Source: Asterionella formosa
Taxonomy: Eukaryota
Assembly: GCA_002256025.1 (NCBI GenBank)
Contig: NKIB01014113.1
Span: forward strand, 1-47,436
Reading direction: 5' to 3'
Length of the DNA: 47,436 bases
Below, piece after piece: positions 20,475-32,300 of this stretch. How positions within the stretch are numbered: position 1 is the stretch's first letter; each line of letters opens with the position of its first letter. Position numbers and translations under genes: made by a program. The notes under the pieces were generated by a model. It worked only from the letters and a program-made list of their open reading frames with translations. It made no database searches and was not told the origin of the DNA.

Positions 20475-22088
20475 TTAGAGACTAGCAAGATAATGCCGAA
20501 TGGTGACCAACAACGCAGAGAATGCATCTACGGATTCACTCGATGCATCACCGATACCATATGAGAATAAATGGGCATACTTTCTTAATCCCATTCTCAT
20601 GCGTGTCACTTCAAGTGGCTGATTCATAAGTTCTTCTAAAGTAGATTTCATACATTTCAAACCACACGTGCCATTCACTTGAACCACAAAATCCATGAAA
20701 TTAATACCTGCCTTGATATCTCCATAAAAAGTCCCAACCGAATATGGATAGGATCGTCGTATGGAACAACTTTGAGGTTTGAACCAGGAAGGCCATGTGG
20801 GTTCATCTGAATCTGGATACGAGACAACCACAGGAATACATCCACTCATAAGTACATCAAAGAATCGTTTTTGCCCGCAGTCATCTCCCGCCAAAGTCGG
20901 ACAAAAGATGGCATTTTGATACAGTTTCATCACGTCGTCATGGTTTGTCAAAAATCGTTGTCGACCTCCAATATCTTGTACAAAGATGGGCAAACCACCA
21001 ATTGTACCGTCATTTCCAAATAGATTTTTTTGTTGCTGCATAAATTCCCTTCGTATTCCTAATTGAGGCGGAGTTCCCATAACTACTGCCATCGCATATT
21101 TCCGTGGTCGAGTCAACCACCAGTCTTCCGTCCGTTGTTGGTTCATAACGTTGGGTTGATAGCGCTCCTCCGAATTAACAAAGGGTACTGTGAAGGATCC
21201 ACATAATTCAGTCCAATGCTTCCCTTTGGAATGCCGATTTTGTCGGCACCCATCTGCGGGACCTGTCGTAACATGAAACATTCCTTCTCGTCGGAAAGGT
21301 GGATTCGATAATGCAAAGTCTGATCCTAAAATAAACAAATGTCGATGTTTGGTGTAGTTGTTGTAGTAGTTCAAGTGGTTCAATACATTGGATTGAATGT
21401 ACTTGAATGAGTACCCACACGAATATATATTCTTTTGTGGTGGTGTTTCATGGTGACAAAAACAGTGCGATCGATGTGGGTAGGGAACGAGGAACAAGTC
21501 AGCGGAACTTGGATCAGTGGTTTGATGTTTGTAGGTTTGAAATCTTTGAATTATAAATACATCTGAATTGAAGTTGTCTCGATAAATGTTGTAATGTGGA
21601 TTGTACGATGTTGAGTTTTCATTGCAGACCTTGGGGAACCATCCACACGAGGCGGTATGTAGTTGTTGTTTTGGTATCGAGTTGTATTTCTGATCAATGC
21701 ATTCTGATACAGCAGCGACTGACATGTGATCTGGAAGCGTTTGGTATATGTACACCTTTGGTGGAGGTTGTTGTAGCCAATAGTCCAGTTTCTCTGAGTT
21801 TTGATAAAGTATTCGTGTTGTTTCTTGTATGACGGTATCCCCCGGTAGTGGTACTTTAGTTTCAAATGGTGGCAATGGCAAATCAGAGACAATTATTTGC
21901 TGTTGCTGTTGCTGTTGCTGCCACGCGACCATCACGATGAAAACATTCACCAACATGACAATAGCCATCATTAATGAGGAACAAAACACACCAAACATCG
22001 TCACTCGAATCATTGTTGGAACTCGTTTGGTTTCAGGTGACACAACAGCAGCATGGTGCTGCAACAAGAATTGAGGATGGTCATTCAT
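20475..22088 (-). CDS. Exostosin-family (GT47) glycosyltransferase, type II membrane protein
   Basis: N-terminal TM; GT47 motifs PKVYIY, TTDPSSADLFLVPY, RHLFILGSD and AIFCPTLAGDDCGQKRFFDVLMSGCIPVVV. Confidence 0.92.
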   Translation of the reverse strand: MNDHPQFLLQHHAAVVSPETKRVPTMIRVTMFGVFCSSLMMAIVMLVNVFIVMVAWQQQQQQQQIIVSDLPLPPFETKVPLPGDTVIQETTRILYQNSEKLDYWLQQPPPKVYIYQTLPDHMSVAAVSECIDQKYNSIPKQQLHTASCGWFPKVCNENSTSYNPHYNIYRDNFNSDVFIIQRFQTYKHQTTDPSSADLFLVPYPHRSHCFCHHETPPQKNIYSCGYSFKYIQSNVLNHLNYYNNYTKHRHLFILGSDFALSNPPFRREGMFHVTTGPADGCRQNRHSKGKHWTELCGSFTVPFVNSEERYQPNVMNQQRTEDWWLTRPRKYAMAVVMGTPPQLGIRREFMQQQKNLFGNDGTIGGLPIFVQDIGGRQRFLTNHDDVMKLYQNAIFCPTLAGDDCGQKRFFDVLMSGCIPVVVSYPDSDEPTWPSWFKPQSCSIRRSYPYSVGTFYGDIKAGINFMDFVVQVNGTCGLKCMKSTLEELMNQPLEVTRMRMGLRKYAHLFSYGIGDASSESVDAFSALLVTIRHYLASL

Positions 22089-22854
22089 TCGTTGTATACA
22101 TGATACTGTATGATTATTATTATTATTATTATTATTGATAGTGTCTCCAAAATCTATAAATATATTTTATTTCGATTTTATAGACTGCATGATGATTGTG
22201 TTATAATATAATTTATTTCTCATGATTCAGAGGAGGCTGAGCAGTCAGTCTCAAGACGGCACCCCGTTTATATATTTATGCGAAAGGATCGCCCTCTTTC
22301 CCTAGCTCTACTACCTCATGATTGCGGTGTAACAATGACTGATCCCACGTAATGGTTGTATCAGATGATGAGCTACTAGGACCAGTATACTTATAATGGA
22401 AACAACTCTAGTAGCTGCTGCTATTCAATTATAGGATGGAGATGGGATGCTAAAGAATGCTATGTATTATCTATCCATTACATGGTTTCCTACCGGTCAT
22501 TTTTACAGGCAGTTGCACTGCTATCCAGATATTAGCTAGGAATTTTTCCTGCTATCATTCCCATCTCAGTGCTTCTCTCCCAACAAAACTTTACTCATGG
22601 AATCTCAATGCAGCTTGACTGTATGTACTAGATTCAAGGATGAAAAGGGAGAAATCAGAAATCTTGTTTTGTTACTTCTGATAAATAGGTTGTTTTGATG
22701 GAAATGATACTTTGTCAAAAGTAAAGTATTTTTGTCAAGCTTTTCAGGGATTTACCCTGTCATTTTGGGGAGGGAAGTGTTCAAGAAACAAGGCTAAACA
22801 GAAATTCCTTTTCTTGATGAAGTTTCATTTTCAAAGTAGTACTTGTTGCTAGTA

Positions 22855-23326
22855 CGTGCAAGTTGTCGTTATTTTGCTGTTATCATGATCTCAGCAATAT
22901 ACTATGTAATCACACCATTTACCCGCCCAATACTTAGTGCAATTGGCCAGCGCACAATGCCATTAATTTTCATTCATGGCATGATTTTGAATAAAATTTT
23001 AAGCTCTAAATATTATCACCATTTTGGCAGATATAGCAAATTTTTTTGATTTGGCAGAAAAAGTTAACTTGACTCAAATCAAGTAAAGTTTACTTTGGGT
23101 CATTGGGCGGGTCATTGCTCGATTTGAGTAAAGTTTACTTCATCTGCCAAATCAAAAACATTTTGCTATATCTGCCAAAACGGTGATCTGATGATGTGCC
23201 AATTCGAAAGCGTTAAAGTTTTAAGCCTTTGTATTGTATATGTTCATGTAGGTAATTATATACAGAGCATCTGTCAGTTCTTGCGATGCATGTTGCCAGT
23301 CAAGCAAAATGACTGGAACTTGCTGG
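22855..23326. mobile_element. Foldback/MITE-like element with long imperfect inverted repeats, TA on both sides
   Basis: Inner arms 23015-23083 and ~23117-23187 are near-perfect reverse complements (ATCACC.TTTTGGCAGATATAGCAAA.T.TTTTGATTTGGCAGA..AAGT.AACTT.ACTCAAATC.AG). Outer ends read TA|CGTGCAAGTTGTCGTTATTTTGCT versus the reverse complement TA|CCAGCAAGTTCCAGTCATTTTGCT. Confidence 0.75.
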
Positions 23327-23527
23327 TACCTGAACAGGACCTGCCCCCCCCCCCTCAAAACTTCGTCTTACCAAAATTGTGAGAGTATTTCACAGGATCA
23401 GCTCACAAATTTCTAATCTAAAGGCCAAAACTTTATAAAAATGCCCCAGTATCCAAATCCTATTTGCACTGAACAAGCAAGTGCTAAATGTGGAGGTACC
23501 TGGTACACTAATATTGCATGCATCATA

Positions 23528-23726
23528 CTCACGACCCAAATTTTAATGGGGGTTGAACAATTGCTTCTATCTATGCCTGTGTAGAATAGCCCGCACTTTT
23601 GTCCTCACAATTATGGTGTACTTTTGGATTTATCCAACCGTCGGATGTTCTTGATTTTCCATTATAAGACACCATCAAGGCCCATGATCTCAATGAAAAT
23701 TAATGCTCCATTAACTTGGTCGAGTC
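23528..23726. mobile_element. Possible small degenerate MITE
   Basis: Left TA|CTCACGACCCAAATTTTAATGGGG versus right reverse complement TA|GACTCGACCAAGTTAATGGAG; the match is short and imperfect. Confidence 0.35.
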
Positions 23727-24315
23727 TACAGAAATGAACGGAGTTAGAAATTAAGCAAATATTTGGGATATTCCTAACGATTATTGAAAAAATATTTCTT
23801 CATCGATATGTAAATCGACATATTGACCGCGCACCCTAATGCTAAGTACTATCCTGCTATGGATATGGGTTTGGGTACAGAAACGACAGCAGACACCATA
23901 CCATTATGTCGTCGACACTTCAATTTTGCATACTGTGATTTATATAGAACTTATACAGAAGTAGGTTCATTATCAATGATAGAACGATGTGCATATTTAC
24001 TGTGTCTACTTACATAACACTTTTCATACATGAATAAAAAGCAATAGATAGAATTGCATTCCTAAATGTTCAATATATCGAAATGTGGATTATACGTAAT
24101 AGAGGTCCAATTGAATATATTTTCTTAGACATGACGAGCATCACACAACGGATGAAAACCAAAAATACAATTCTATTAATCACACTGATTATATCCCAGA
24201 ATTCTAGTCTTTCAAATTTGATTTTCACTCAACCTATTAACGACGAAGATTCCGTCCGCTCTTAAGGCGATCACTTTTGCAAGATCCGTCACCATCGCTC
24301 TCGTGGATTCATCTA

Positions 24316-26133
24316 ATGCGTCTCCTTACGTCACTCTTCATCCTTGCCAGTCTCAGCGAGCCGTCACTTGGCTACCCTAATGGAGCTGGTAGTTGTGCTG
24401 CAGGAAAAAATGCGATTCAAGGATCACATTTGACAAAGGGAAACGTTTTATTTGGGTCGCTTTCCGACGGGGACTTTTCCGTCTCACTCGGCGGAGTTCC
24501 TCTTGTTGTGGGCGCCACTTCTACATTTCTCATCGGCGTTGAGAATACTTTGCAAATCACTGCTGGATCAAAGGCAATCAAAGGATTCCTTATTAGACTT
24601 GGCGAAGCTGGAGGAGCCACTACTTACGATGCCTTAACTGCTACCAGCAGTGATGTACAGGTTGCATCTGCATGCACGGGTCTTGAGGGCGTTGGTGGAG
24701 TCACACATGTCTCGAATAGTGACAAGACAGTTGTGACTGCTACGTTGAAGCTGGATGAAATTGCATCTGACATACCCTTGGATGTTACAGTTGTGGTTCA
24801 AAACTCTGGAAACACTGATACCAGCGAATACTTTTACTCTGGATACTTTCTAAGCGCTATTGATTCCTCTGGACCAGCAGCTTCTTCGTCACAGACAGAT
24901 ACTCCTAGCCCTGTTCCTGTAACACCGGACACTTCTTCTCCAATGGTAACAGAAGCGCCCACCGCTGCTCCCATTGTACCAGCCACTCCTGCTCCAGTTT
25001 TAACGAATATTCCTACGGTTGCTCCGGTCGTACCAGCCGCTTCTGCTCCGGTTGCTTCGAATAGTCCTATAGTTGCTCCCGTCGTCCCAGCCACTCCTAC
25101 ACCGGTTGTTACGAAGAGTCCTACGATTGCTCCGGTCGTCCCAGCCTCTTCTACACCGGTTGCTACGAAGAGTCCTACGATTGCTCCCAACGTCCCAGCC
25201 ACTCCTATACCGGTTGTTACGAAGAGTCCTGCGATTGTTCCGGTCGTACCAGCCACTCCTACACCGGTTGTTACGAATAGTCCTGCGATTGTTCCGGTCG
25301 TCCCAGCCTCTCCTATACCGGTTGTTACGAAGATTCCTGCGATTGTTCCGGTCGTACCAGCCTCTCCTACACCTGGTGACACACATCGTCCAGCTGTTTT
25401 TCCCATTTCGGAAAGTATTCCTTCTTCTGTGGTACCACCCCCCCTTGCTTTTGTAAAGACAAAAAGTCCAACAGTTCCTCTCCTTCTTCCAGTGAACATT
25501 TCTGATGTGGTACCAGTCACTCCTCCCTCCATTCCAGTCGCTCCAGTGACTAGTTTACCTACCCCAGAGGCTGTTCCGGGACCAGTTAAAAAGCCTTGTG
25601 AGGACGATATGAGCTTTCGTTTCATTCCAAACGATGAAAGCATTCCACGAGGTTGTTCTTGGCTAAGCAAACGACCATTGAAAAAAAAATTATATTGCAT
25701 TCCCGATTCGGAAGTGATGAATGCATGCGAAGAAACGTGTGGCAAGTGCTCTGATACATGTTGTGATAACAATGATGTCATCTTGGAACTGGACTACCGG
25801 GGAGCAACGATCTCCAAGAACTGCCTTTGGCTTCGTGAACATTTGCCATTGTCTTATGATAATTGTGTTGTTGGTTCCACAGTGTCCAGTGAATGCAAAG
25901 AAACGTGCAACAACTGTCACGACAGGAAGACGTGTCGTGATTCTGAGCTTGAGATGTTTACATTTACTACCGAAAGAAAGAATTCCACCTCTAAAACCTG
26001 TGCATGGTTGGCCTCACAAAGTCCAAAAGAGCGTCGACGCCTCTGCCTCCAACAAACAAAACCACCATCTGACGCTGCCGCGGTGATTTGCCCTCATTCA
26101 TGCGGGATGTGTACATGTTCACCTACTTTTTAG
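24316..26133 (+). CDS. Secreted Reeler-domain / Pro-Thr-rich stalk / 3x ShK-like protein (paralog 2, 605 aa)
   Basis: ATG 24316 gives MRLLTSLFILASLSEPSLG-YPNGAGSC, then KGFLIRL and GVTHVSNSDK. Eight 18-aa stalk repeats and three six-Cys modules ending CEETCGKC, CKETCNNC and CPHSCGMC. Confidence 0.92.
   Translation: MRLLTSLFILASLSEPSLGYPNGAGSCAAGKNAIQGSHLTKGNVLFGSLSDGDFSVSLGGVPLVVGATSTFLIGVENTLQITAGSKAIKGFLIRLGEAGGATTYDALTATSSDVQVASACTGLEGVGGVTHVSNSDKTVVTATLKLDEIASDIPLDVTVVVQNSGNTDTSEYFYSGYFLSAIDSSGPAASSSQTDTPSPVPVTPDTSSPMVTEAPTAAPIVPATPAPVLTNIPTVAPVVPAASAPVASNSPIVAPVVPATPTPVVTKSPTIAPVVPASSTPVATKSPTIAPNVPATPIPVVTKSPAIVPVVPATPTPVVTNSPAIVPVVPASPIPVVTKIPAIVPVVPASPTPGDTHRPAVFPISESIPSSVVPPPLAFVKTKSPTVPLLLPVNISDVVPVTPPSIPVAPVTSLPTPEAVPGPVKKPCEDDMSFRFIPNDESIPRGCSWLSKRPLKKKLYCIPDSEVMNACEETCGKCSDTCCDNNDVILELDYRGATISKNCLWLREHLPLSYDNCVVGSTVSSECKETCNNCHDRKTCRDSELEMFTFTTERKNSTSKTCAWLASQSPKERRRLCLQQTKPPSDAAAVICPHSCGMCTCSPTF
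24967..25398 (+). repeat. Eight 54-bp tandem repeats (APVVPATPTPVVTKSPTI-type)
   Basis: Eight 18-aa units are readable in the translation; only three are present in paralog 3 (34037-34198). Confidence 0.9.
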
Positions 26134-26413
26134 GAGCGAAGGGCATTTCATCATATTTATGATTTACAAGTTGCTGGTGGTGATCCGTAACACATTATAT
26201 TTCCACCACGCGCTCGAAGCTACTTGTATGTCAGAAACTGACTGGAATACTCGTTACTCCGACCTGATACTTTTAAATTCATAATTTTCATTCGATCGAA
26301 TTCGAAATTCTTCAATATTATACCTCGGATTGTGAGGAAGAAGAAATAAACCAAATTTCCCCTATAATACTATTCATGTTGGTTGTCCTTCCACTTGAAT
26401 GCTATCTGGTTAC

Positions 26414-26680
26414 TAATTTTCAAATTGAGTTATTCATATTGTAAAAAGAATTTTGATTTCTAACAATAACCATCATTTGCAAGCTTGTCGTTGACTATGC
26501 CAATGTATATGAGAGTATGAATGCAGTCGTTTCGGTCTCGCCCTTCCACATTTCGGCAAAATCTGTCAACAACATTTTTGCCTTCGGCTTCGATTTTTGT
26601 CCCGGTCGATCCAAATCAAACAATTTTGTCAGAATCTGCCGAATCATGTCATGAGAAAATGCATTTCCATTGTTAGTTCT
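26414..26680 (-). pseudogene. Duplicated 3' end (last ~60 codons, stop and 3' flank) of the importin-beta gene at 42118-45311
   Basis: Roughly 90% identical by eye to 42039-42300: RTNNGNAFSHDMIRQILTKLFDLDRPGQKSKPKAKMLLTDFAEMWKGE vs RTNNGNAFSHDTIRQIMTILFDLARTGQKSKPKAKMLLTDFAKMCKGE. Homology ends abruptly at 26680. Confidence 0.93.
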
Positions 26681-29600
26681 TGTTGGAGAAATTCTTTTAG
26701 GAGACATCCCAGTATGAGATTTGTAATGCATGAAAGAGGGGACGAGGGAAATCGACCATGTCAATGAACGAGGAGATGATTAAAGGGTTGAGTCGAATAA
26801 CAAACCTGACAGGGGGCCAAGGGAAGCAAGAGTAGGTGATCAGCAATACCAGCAAAGTGAAGGAATTTAGTTTTTATCATACTTTTCATGCACTGATGCA
26901 TACTAAGAAGCACCAAAAGGCAAGGTAATTAACGAATCTTGGCATTTAGAGGAAAAATAGTGGAGTAATCTTCTTGAACAATGAGATTTGACTAAGTTGA
27001 GTATTTGGGTGTAGGCCTTGAGTGTTGTTCCTCTCATAAACTGAAGGAAAAAAGGATGCACACATTCATTGATTCCTGATACTTGTCAGGGCATGACTTT
27101 GAATGTGCAATTTATTCAGTAAGGCTGTAAAGCCACTAAGAACATATTCCAGTGTGCATGTATGTTGAGGCAGAGTAGAATATGGTAACATGTAATCAAA
27201 ATGAAGGTGGCAAGGGGAGATGTGAATCACCAAGAATATTGCTGGAGAAAATAGAACAGAATTGATTTCCTGAACAATAGATGGGATCCTAACAATTGCA
27301 AGCAGTTGCAAAAGGTTCAGACAGAGTTCATTGGATTTCACTGTTGGGTAGTGTGCGTACAAAAGCAAAGAGTTCCTTAACAGTTCCAATGCAGTCCTCA
27401 GGAGGATGAAAGAGCATGTGCTTGCTGATGAGAAATATAGTAAACAGAAACCAGAGTACTAAATTTCCAGAAAAAGTAAGAATAGATGCATCCAATTCAA
27501 TCTTGTAATAGAAAGAATTACACAATGGAGATGAACATCAACATGAGTAAAAGTAGGATACCAATCCAGAGAGCTGAGCAGCCAGTCTTCTAGTATGTGG
27601 AGTACAATTGCCATGGTATGAACCTTCCAATGAGATTCATAGAGGAAAATGTATAAAACTCTGTAAATGATAAATTCTCCAATGACATGCCTAAACATTT
27701 CCAAAACCAGGAGATCTTCCAAAGATTGCATTGTGAATTGCCAGCAATCTTCCAGTGGAGAATGTGAACAAACAATTTGGATTATAAACCAAGAAGATGT
27801 CCCACACATGCTTGGTTGTGATTGTGTTATCGCATAGTCTCCAATACATAACAATGCTAGGCTGTTTCTACTTGATCGTGTTATTGCCCAGTCTCCATCA
27901 ACTATAGATCCTAATGTACATGAATCATCTTGAGAACTTACTTTTAGAACAACATCAAAGCGATAAGAAATGGAACACAGTTAGCTACATATCACATGTG
28001 TTCCAACAGAGAACATGGAACTTTTTTCTTTAGTCCGCAATTGGAGACCTCGATCTTTGTCGGCATGAATACATGATTGTTTATTGTCATCAGGATGTTC
28101 CTCTTCATTATCCATCCTGGGCAAATTATACTCATATAAAATTATTGTATTGCTTGAAATTGCAATCTTTGTTAGTGGAACAACAACGGATTCAATCAAA
28201 GTGAAATCTGATTCATCATCTCCATCCATGGGCCTGTTGCTTTTCATTGGAATAGAAACAATGATTCAATTATTTTAGTTTCATTTTTCAAGATAATATT
28301 TAGATAAATATGGAGTTGACCTATGAAACATCATCAGATTTGGAAGTAAACACAAATGAGCTCTCACCCGATTCAATGCTGAGTCATTTCAAATTCTTCT
28401 TTGATTTAAGAACATTTTCAAGTATAAACCCAAAAAGACTATCCTCTTTTTCAGAACGATTGTAGTTGCTAGGTTCCATTCGAACCTCTCTCTATGTTGA
28501 TGTAAGGATGCGGTATGGTTCAGCGAAATTAGAAAAATTGCAGAAAAAGGGAGTTCCATTACTATCCATGATGGAAAGGCAACAGCAACATATAGTATTA
28601 CACACATCTATTATCTATTATGACATAACGATGATGATGATGTACATTGTAGTATGTATTTGTTAAAAGTATATAATATGAATAAACATTTAAAAGAATA
28701 GCAAAAAAGCATCAAAGTATTTATTTGCACTACTTTGATCATGTAAATGTGATCATCCTTTCATATGTTTATAATCCAGTGATTGTAACAATGTGATGAA
28801 GAATTCGTCTGCAAATAGAAAGTATCTATCTATCTTAACATGATTGTAATTCTAATCACAATCACTGTTCAAAGTAAGTTGAAATGGATTATAATTTAAT
28901 ACTATATTTAGAAATGATTTCTATCTTTCAACCTACTAACCGCCTTTTCGCCATCCTTAAACTATGCCACCACCTTCGATTGTTTTTTATTCCTGCAGCA
29001 TGATGTTGACGCCTCTGTTTGACTGAACCTTCCCCTTGCTTCCCACACTTCTCACGTCGATTGCATGCAAGCAAATCTACTGTTCTCGCTGTCACTCAAC
29101 TTCGAAAGCAATTTTTTGATAATCACTCATACTTTTGCCCTCTTATGTCTTGCCTCGGTTTTACATTTGCTTGCCCGTTTGATCGTTTCCATAGGTCCTA
29201 CTTAAACGAGATGCTGATCCATTTATAAGTCATTTTGATATCCTAGCTAATCGTTGTGACAATGAGAAGCATCAAGTTGTTAGTTATGTATTGCTTGCTT
29301 GCACCACAAGAAAGCAACAGTTCTGATTCTGGATTGACTTACCAATTACTGATGTATTTCTAACATTTCTGAATAATAATGTGTCATTCGAGTGGTATCT
29401 CATGAGCACAAATCAATCTTAACAATTCATTTTTTCCACATTGGCGGTTTCCCACCAAATGCAAAAGGAGTTATTGAATCACTTGAGAAGGAATCAATCA
29501 TGATTTGGTCTTCCTAATGATCGATCATCCTGGCATGTGCCCTTGACGTACCATAGATACTAGATTACATTCACTTTTCCATTTTCAATCCCTCTATGCG

Positions 29601-30469
29601 CAAGTAATCATGCATATCATTATGTTGTAGCGTCACTTAAGTGTTCCTTGTCATGTGGCTGATGTAATCTTTCCGGGTTATGTGGCTGTAAAGGACGAGA
29701 CAGGTCCTGTTGTAACATATGGAAGAAAAAAGGCACAAATTGGGTCCATTTATTTGGGCATGATTTCGATTATTGGAAAGCTTGAACATATAAAATGATA
29801 ATCAAGTATTCATTGTGTTACTACCTAACAATACGAGCTGTGCTTTCCTAGTTTTGTTAGCGTAGGTGAGTCCCCAACCACCTTTTGCGAATGGTGATTG
29901 TCTTAGCCACAGTGGGGGAAACTCCAACCGCCTAGGAAGATGGCACAAGCTGCTTGATGTAGTGGACAAACCCACTATTTCTTGCACACCAGGAAAGATA
30001 CTAATGGCAGGTCGTTTTGTTGACGTGACTGCCGTGTTATTGGTATTCTGGCAAGCTATAGTTATTTCCATGTCAATGTAATCATCGCATCATTTGGGGG
30101 TTCTGGCAATTGTTTCCAAAATGAATCTATTGACGGAAATACTTTCTGATACTTGTATACTACATGTATATATATAATGTGATGCCAGCTGAGTGGAATA
30201 AACATTTATTTTGCTTTTTCATTCCATTTCTCGTCGACAGCAATGTTTGGGACTAATTATGGAAGTAACGCTAGCTAATTGACGAGTTCAAAGTACAATC
30301 ATTATTGATTAGTACATAAATCGCTACAACATGATTGCTTGAATAAAATTATGTTGGCACCTAGCAAATTTACTCCAAAACCTTAATTTACTCGATTTAA
30401 CGATGACTCTCAGTTCATAATCTTCCAAACGTTGACTCTCATTCTTTAGATGGTACCTGGCTGGTACCA

Positions 30470-30825
30470 GGGAAAACGGTACCACCAGCTACCCTCAAGT
30501 AATCAAACTTCACTCCAAGTTCGACCTATAGCTAGAACAAGTGCTAGATATGCATACCACTGTGTTTTTTTATAAACTGGGAATGAACGCAAGTTAGGAC
30601 TTAGCCGAAATACCAGCCTACTTGTCCGAACATTTCTGTGAAAATCAGCCCTGGTTTCTGGTAGACGTCCGATGATGAGTTGCACAACCATTTTACCGGA
30701 CACTGAGGTCTGTGTGTTCCGTTTGTACCAGTCGGCTACATACGATGAATTCTACACACGATTAAATGGAGAAACGGAATCCAGAATCAGCTTGGATGTC
30801 GTGCTTAATGTCGAAATTGAGCATC
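30470..30825. repeat. Dispersed non-coding repeat (probable non-autonomous transposon family), longest copy
   Basis: The 5' part aligns with 32100-32300 (CCCTCAA..AAACTTCA.TCCAAGTTCGAC..AAGTGCTAGAT..GACTT.GCCGAAA..CGAACATTTCT..GAAAATCAGC..GGTAGA.GTC.GATGATGAGT). The 3' part aligns with 5210-5365. Confidence 0.75.
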
Positions 30826-32099
30826 ACATCATCAGCATACCGGATTACCGGTATTGCAGCTGGTATGATGATGCATGTCTCACCAGTATGCATATTAGGT
30901 ATATTTTGTGAGGGAGTATAATGTACAACTGTGGTAGCTAGTAGGGTAATTCAATGGTATAAAATCATACACTATTCTTCGTTCCTATTACCGGTTTTTA
31001 GAATTCCCATGGATAAATGCTTTTCTTCCTTGCAAAGGAGCAACACCAACAACGTCTGCAATCTCAACTGAGGACATCTAAACCGCGAAATTAGCCACTT
31101 TTCGAAATTTCATTTTCATAGGAGTGTTAATTATGTGGTAATCCTACTTGACATGAATTGCCTCATCTTATTCAGACACGGGCATTGAATTTATGCCAAT
31201 GGGCAAGGATTACCTTCAGAGCCTTGCTTTGTTTGTCTTGTTCTCATTCATCGTGTTTCTTTCTATTCATTTTCCTTTCATCACTGAAAATCAATTGCAA
31301 GTACCAAACAAGCTCATGGAACATGGAACAAATGGTACTACCTCCTCCTGTCACCAAGAACAGCTGGGACTCAATGAGGAAGGCATGACATTGCTGGTCA
31401 ATCATAGTAATAGCAAGGCATTGATGGTAAAGATCAAACAATGACAAACAGAGGTATCATAATGATGAGTGAAGCAATCAAGTGTGAGGCTGTTGCATGT
31501 GTTTTTCAAGAGATTAATGATAATTAATTATTAACAAGTGGTATGTTCTGTTTTTGCTGTTGTTGCTGCCATTATCATATGCCCATTGTATTGCAATGAA
31601 ACATTAATAATGAGTGAAATGGTATGCTATACCAGCTTGGTACAATCCGATTGCATTCCTCATGGCAACACCAAAAGTAGTTTGTTGGTATGATTTTTGT
31701 GACCATGAATGCGTGCATGATGAATGCACATACGGTGTTGTTGTATACTAATGTACCTATTGTGCGTAGGTAAATTTGATATGTGAGAAGGAGTACCGGT
31801 TTTTAATGAACAACAGGAAATGAACGACATCATGTACGGAAAACAAATATTGGGTTGTGCTAAAAATTTACAACATACAATTAGCTACTACGGCCCGATG
31901 TGTACCTTATGTACTTTGGGGGCGGACCAAGCCATAATTTCCATCGAAGTACGGTAGTGCATCCTAAGTACAGGTAGTTGACAATCGACCATACACACAT
32001 GATGATTGATAACTTACGTAATTTGCATCGAAGTGCATAAATACAGAGTCTATCAGGACAACTGCTACATATGTAAAATGCCACAAGAAAACAACTGCA

Positions 32100-32300
32100 A
32101 GAAAAAACGGCCGTTCCTCCGGTATTCCCCTCAAATGATAAACTTCAATCCAAGTTCGACATAAAAGTGCTAGATTTACCGTGTTAAATTATAAACAACT
32201 GGGACGTAAGTTCAGACTTGGCCGAAAAACCGACCTGCTGTTCGAACATTTCTACGAAAATCAGCGTAAGTGTCCGGTAGATGTCTGATGATGAGTAATG
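32100..32300. repeat. Dispersed non-coding repeat copy (same family as 30470-30825)
   Basis: Colinear shared words with 30470-30680, in the same orientation. Confidence 0.75.

Noticed and set aside
24967..25398. Regular 54-bp repeats as a CRISPR-like array
   Set aside because: In-frame coding tandem repeats without unique spacers, in a eukaryotic context with no cas genes.
24834..25781. Long antisense ORFs over the stalks (also 19213-19611, 25000-25386, 33904-34503)
   Set aside because: Stop-poor antisense shadows of Pro/Thr/Val repeat codons.
26495..26764. 89-aa ORF as a new chimeric gene
   Set aside because: Non-ATG start; it is the duplicated importin tail read through from unrelated sequence, with no evidence of expression.
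26681..29319. GTTCT|TGTTG ... CAACA|GTTCT, resembling an LTR element with a 5-bp TSD at the duplication breakpoint
   Set aside because: No direct LTR repeats, PBS or gag/pol were seen, and importin homology does not resume after 29324; this may be coincidence.
27000..30150. Fragmentary coding-like sequence between the duplicated units
   Set aside because: Frequent stops in all frames and no recognisable transposase, RT or nuclease motifs.
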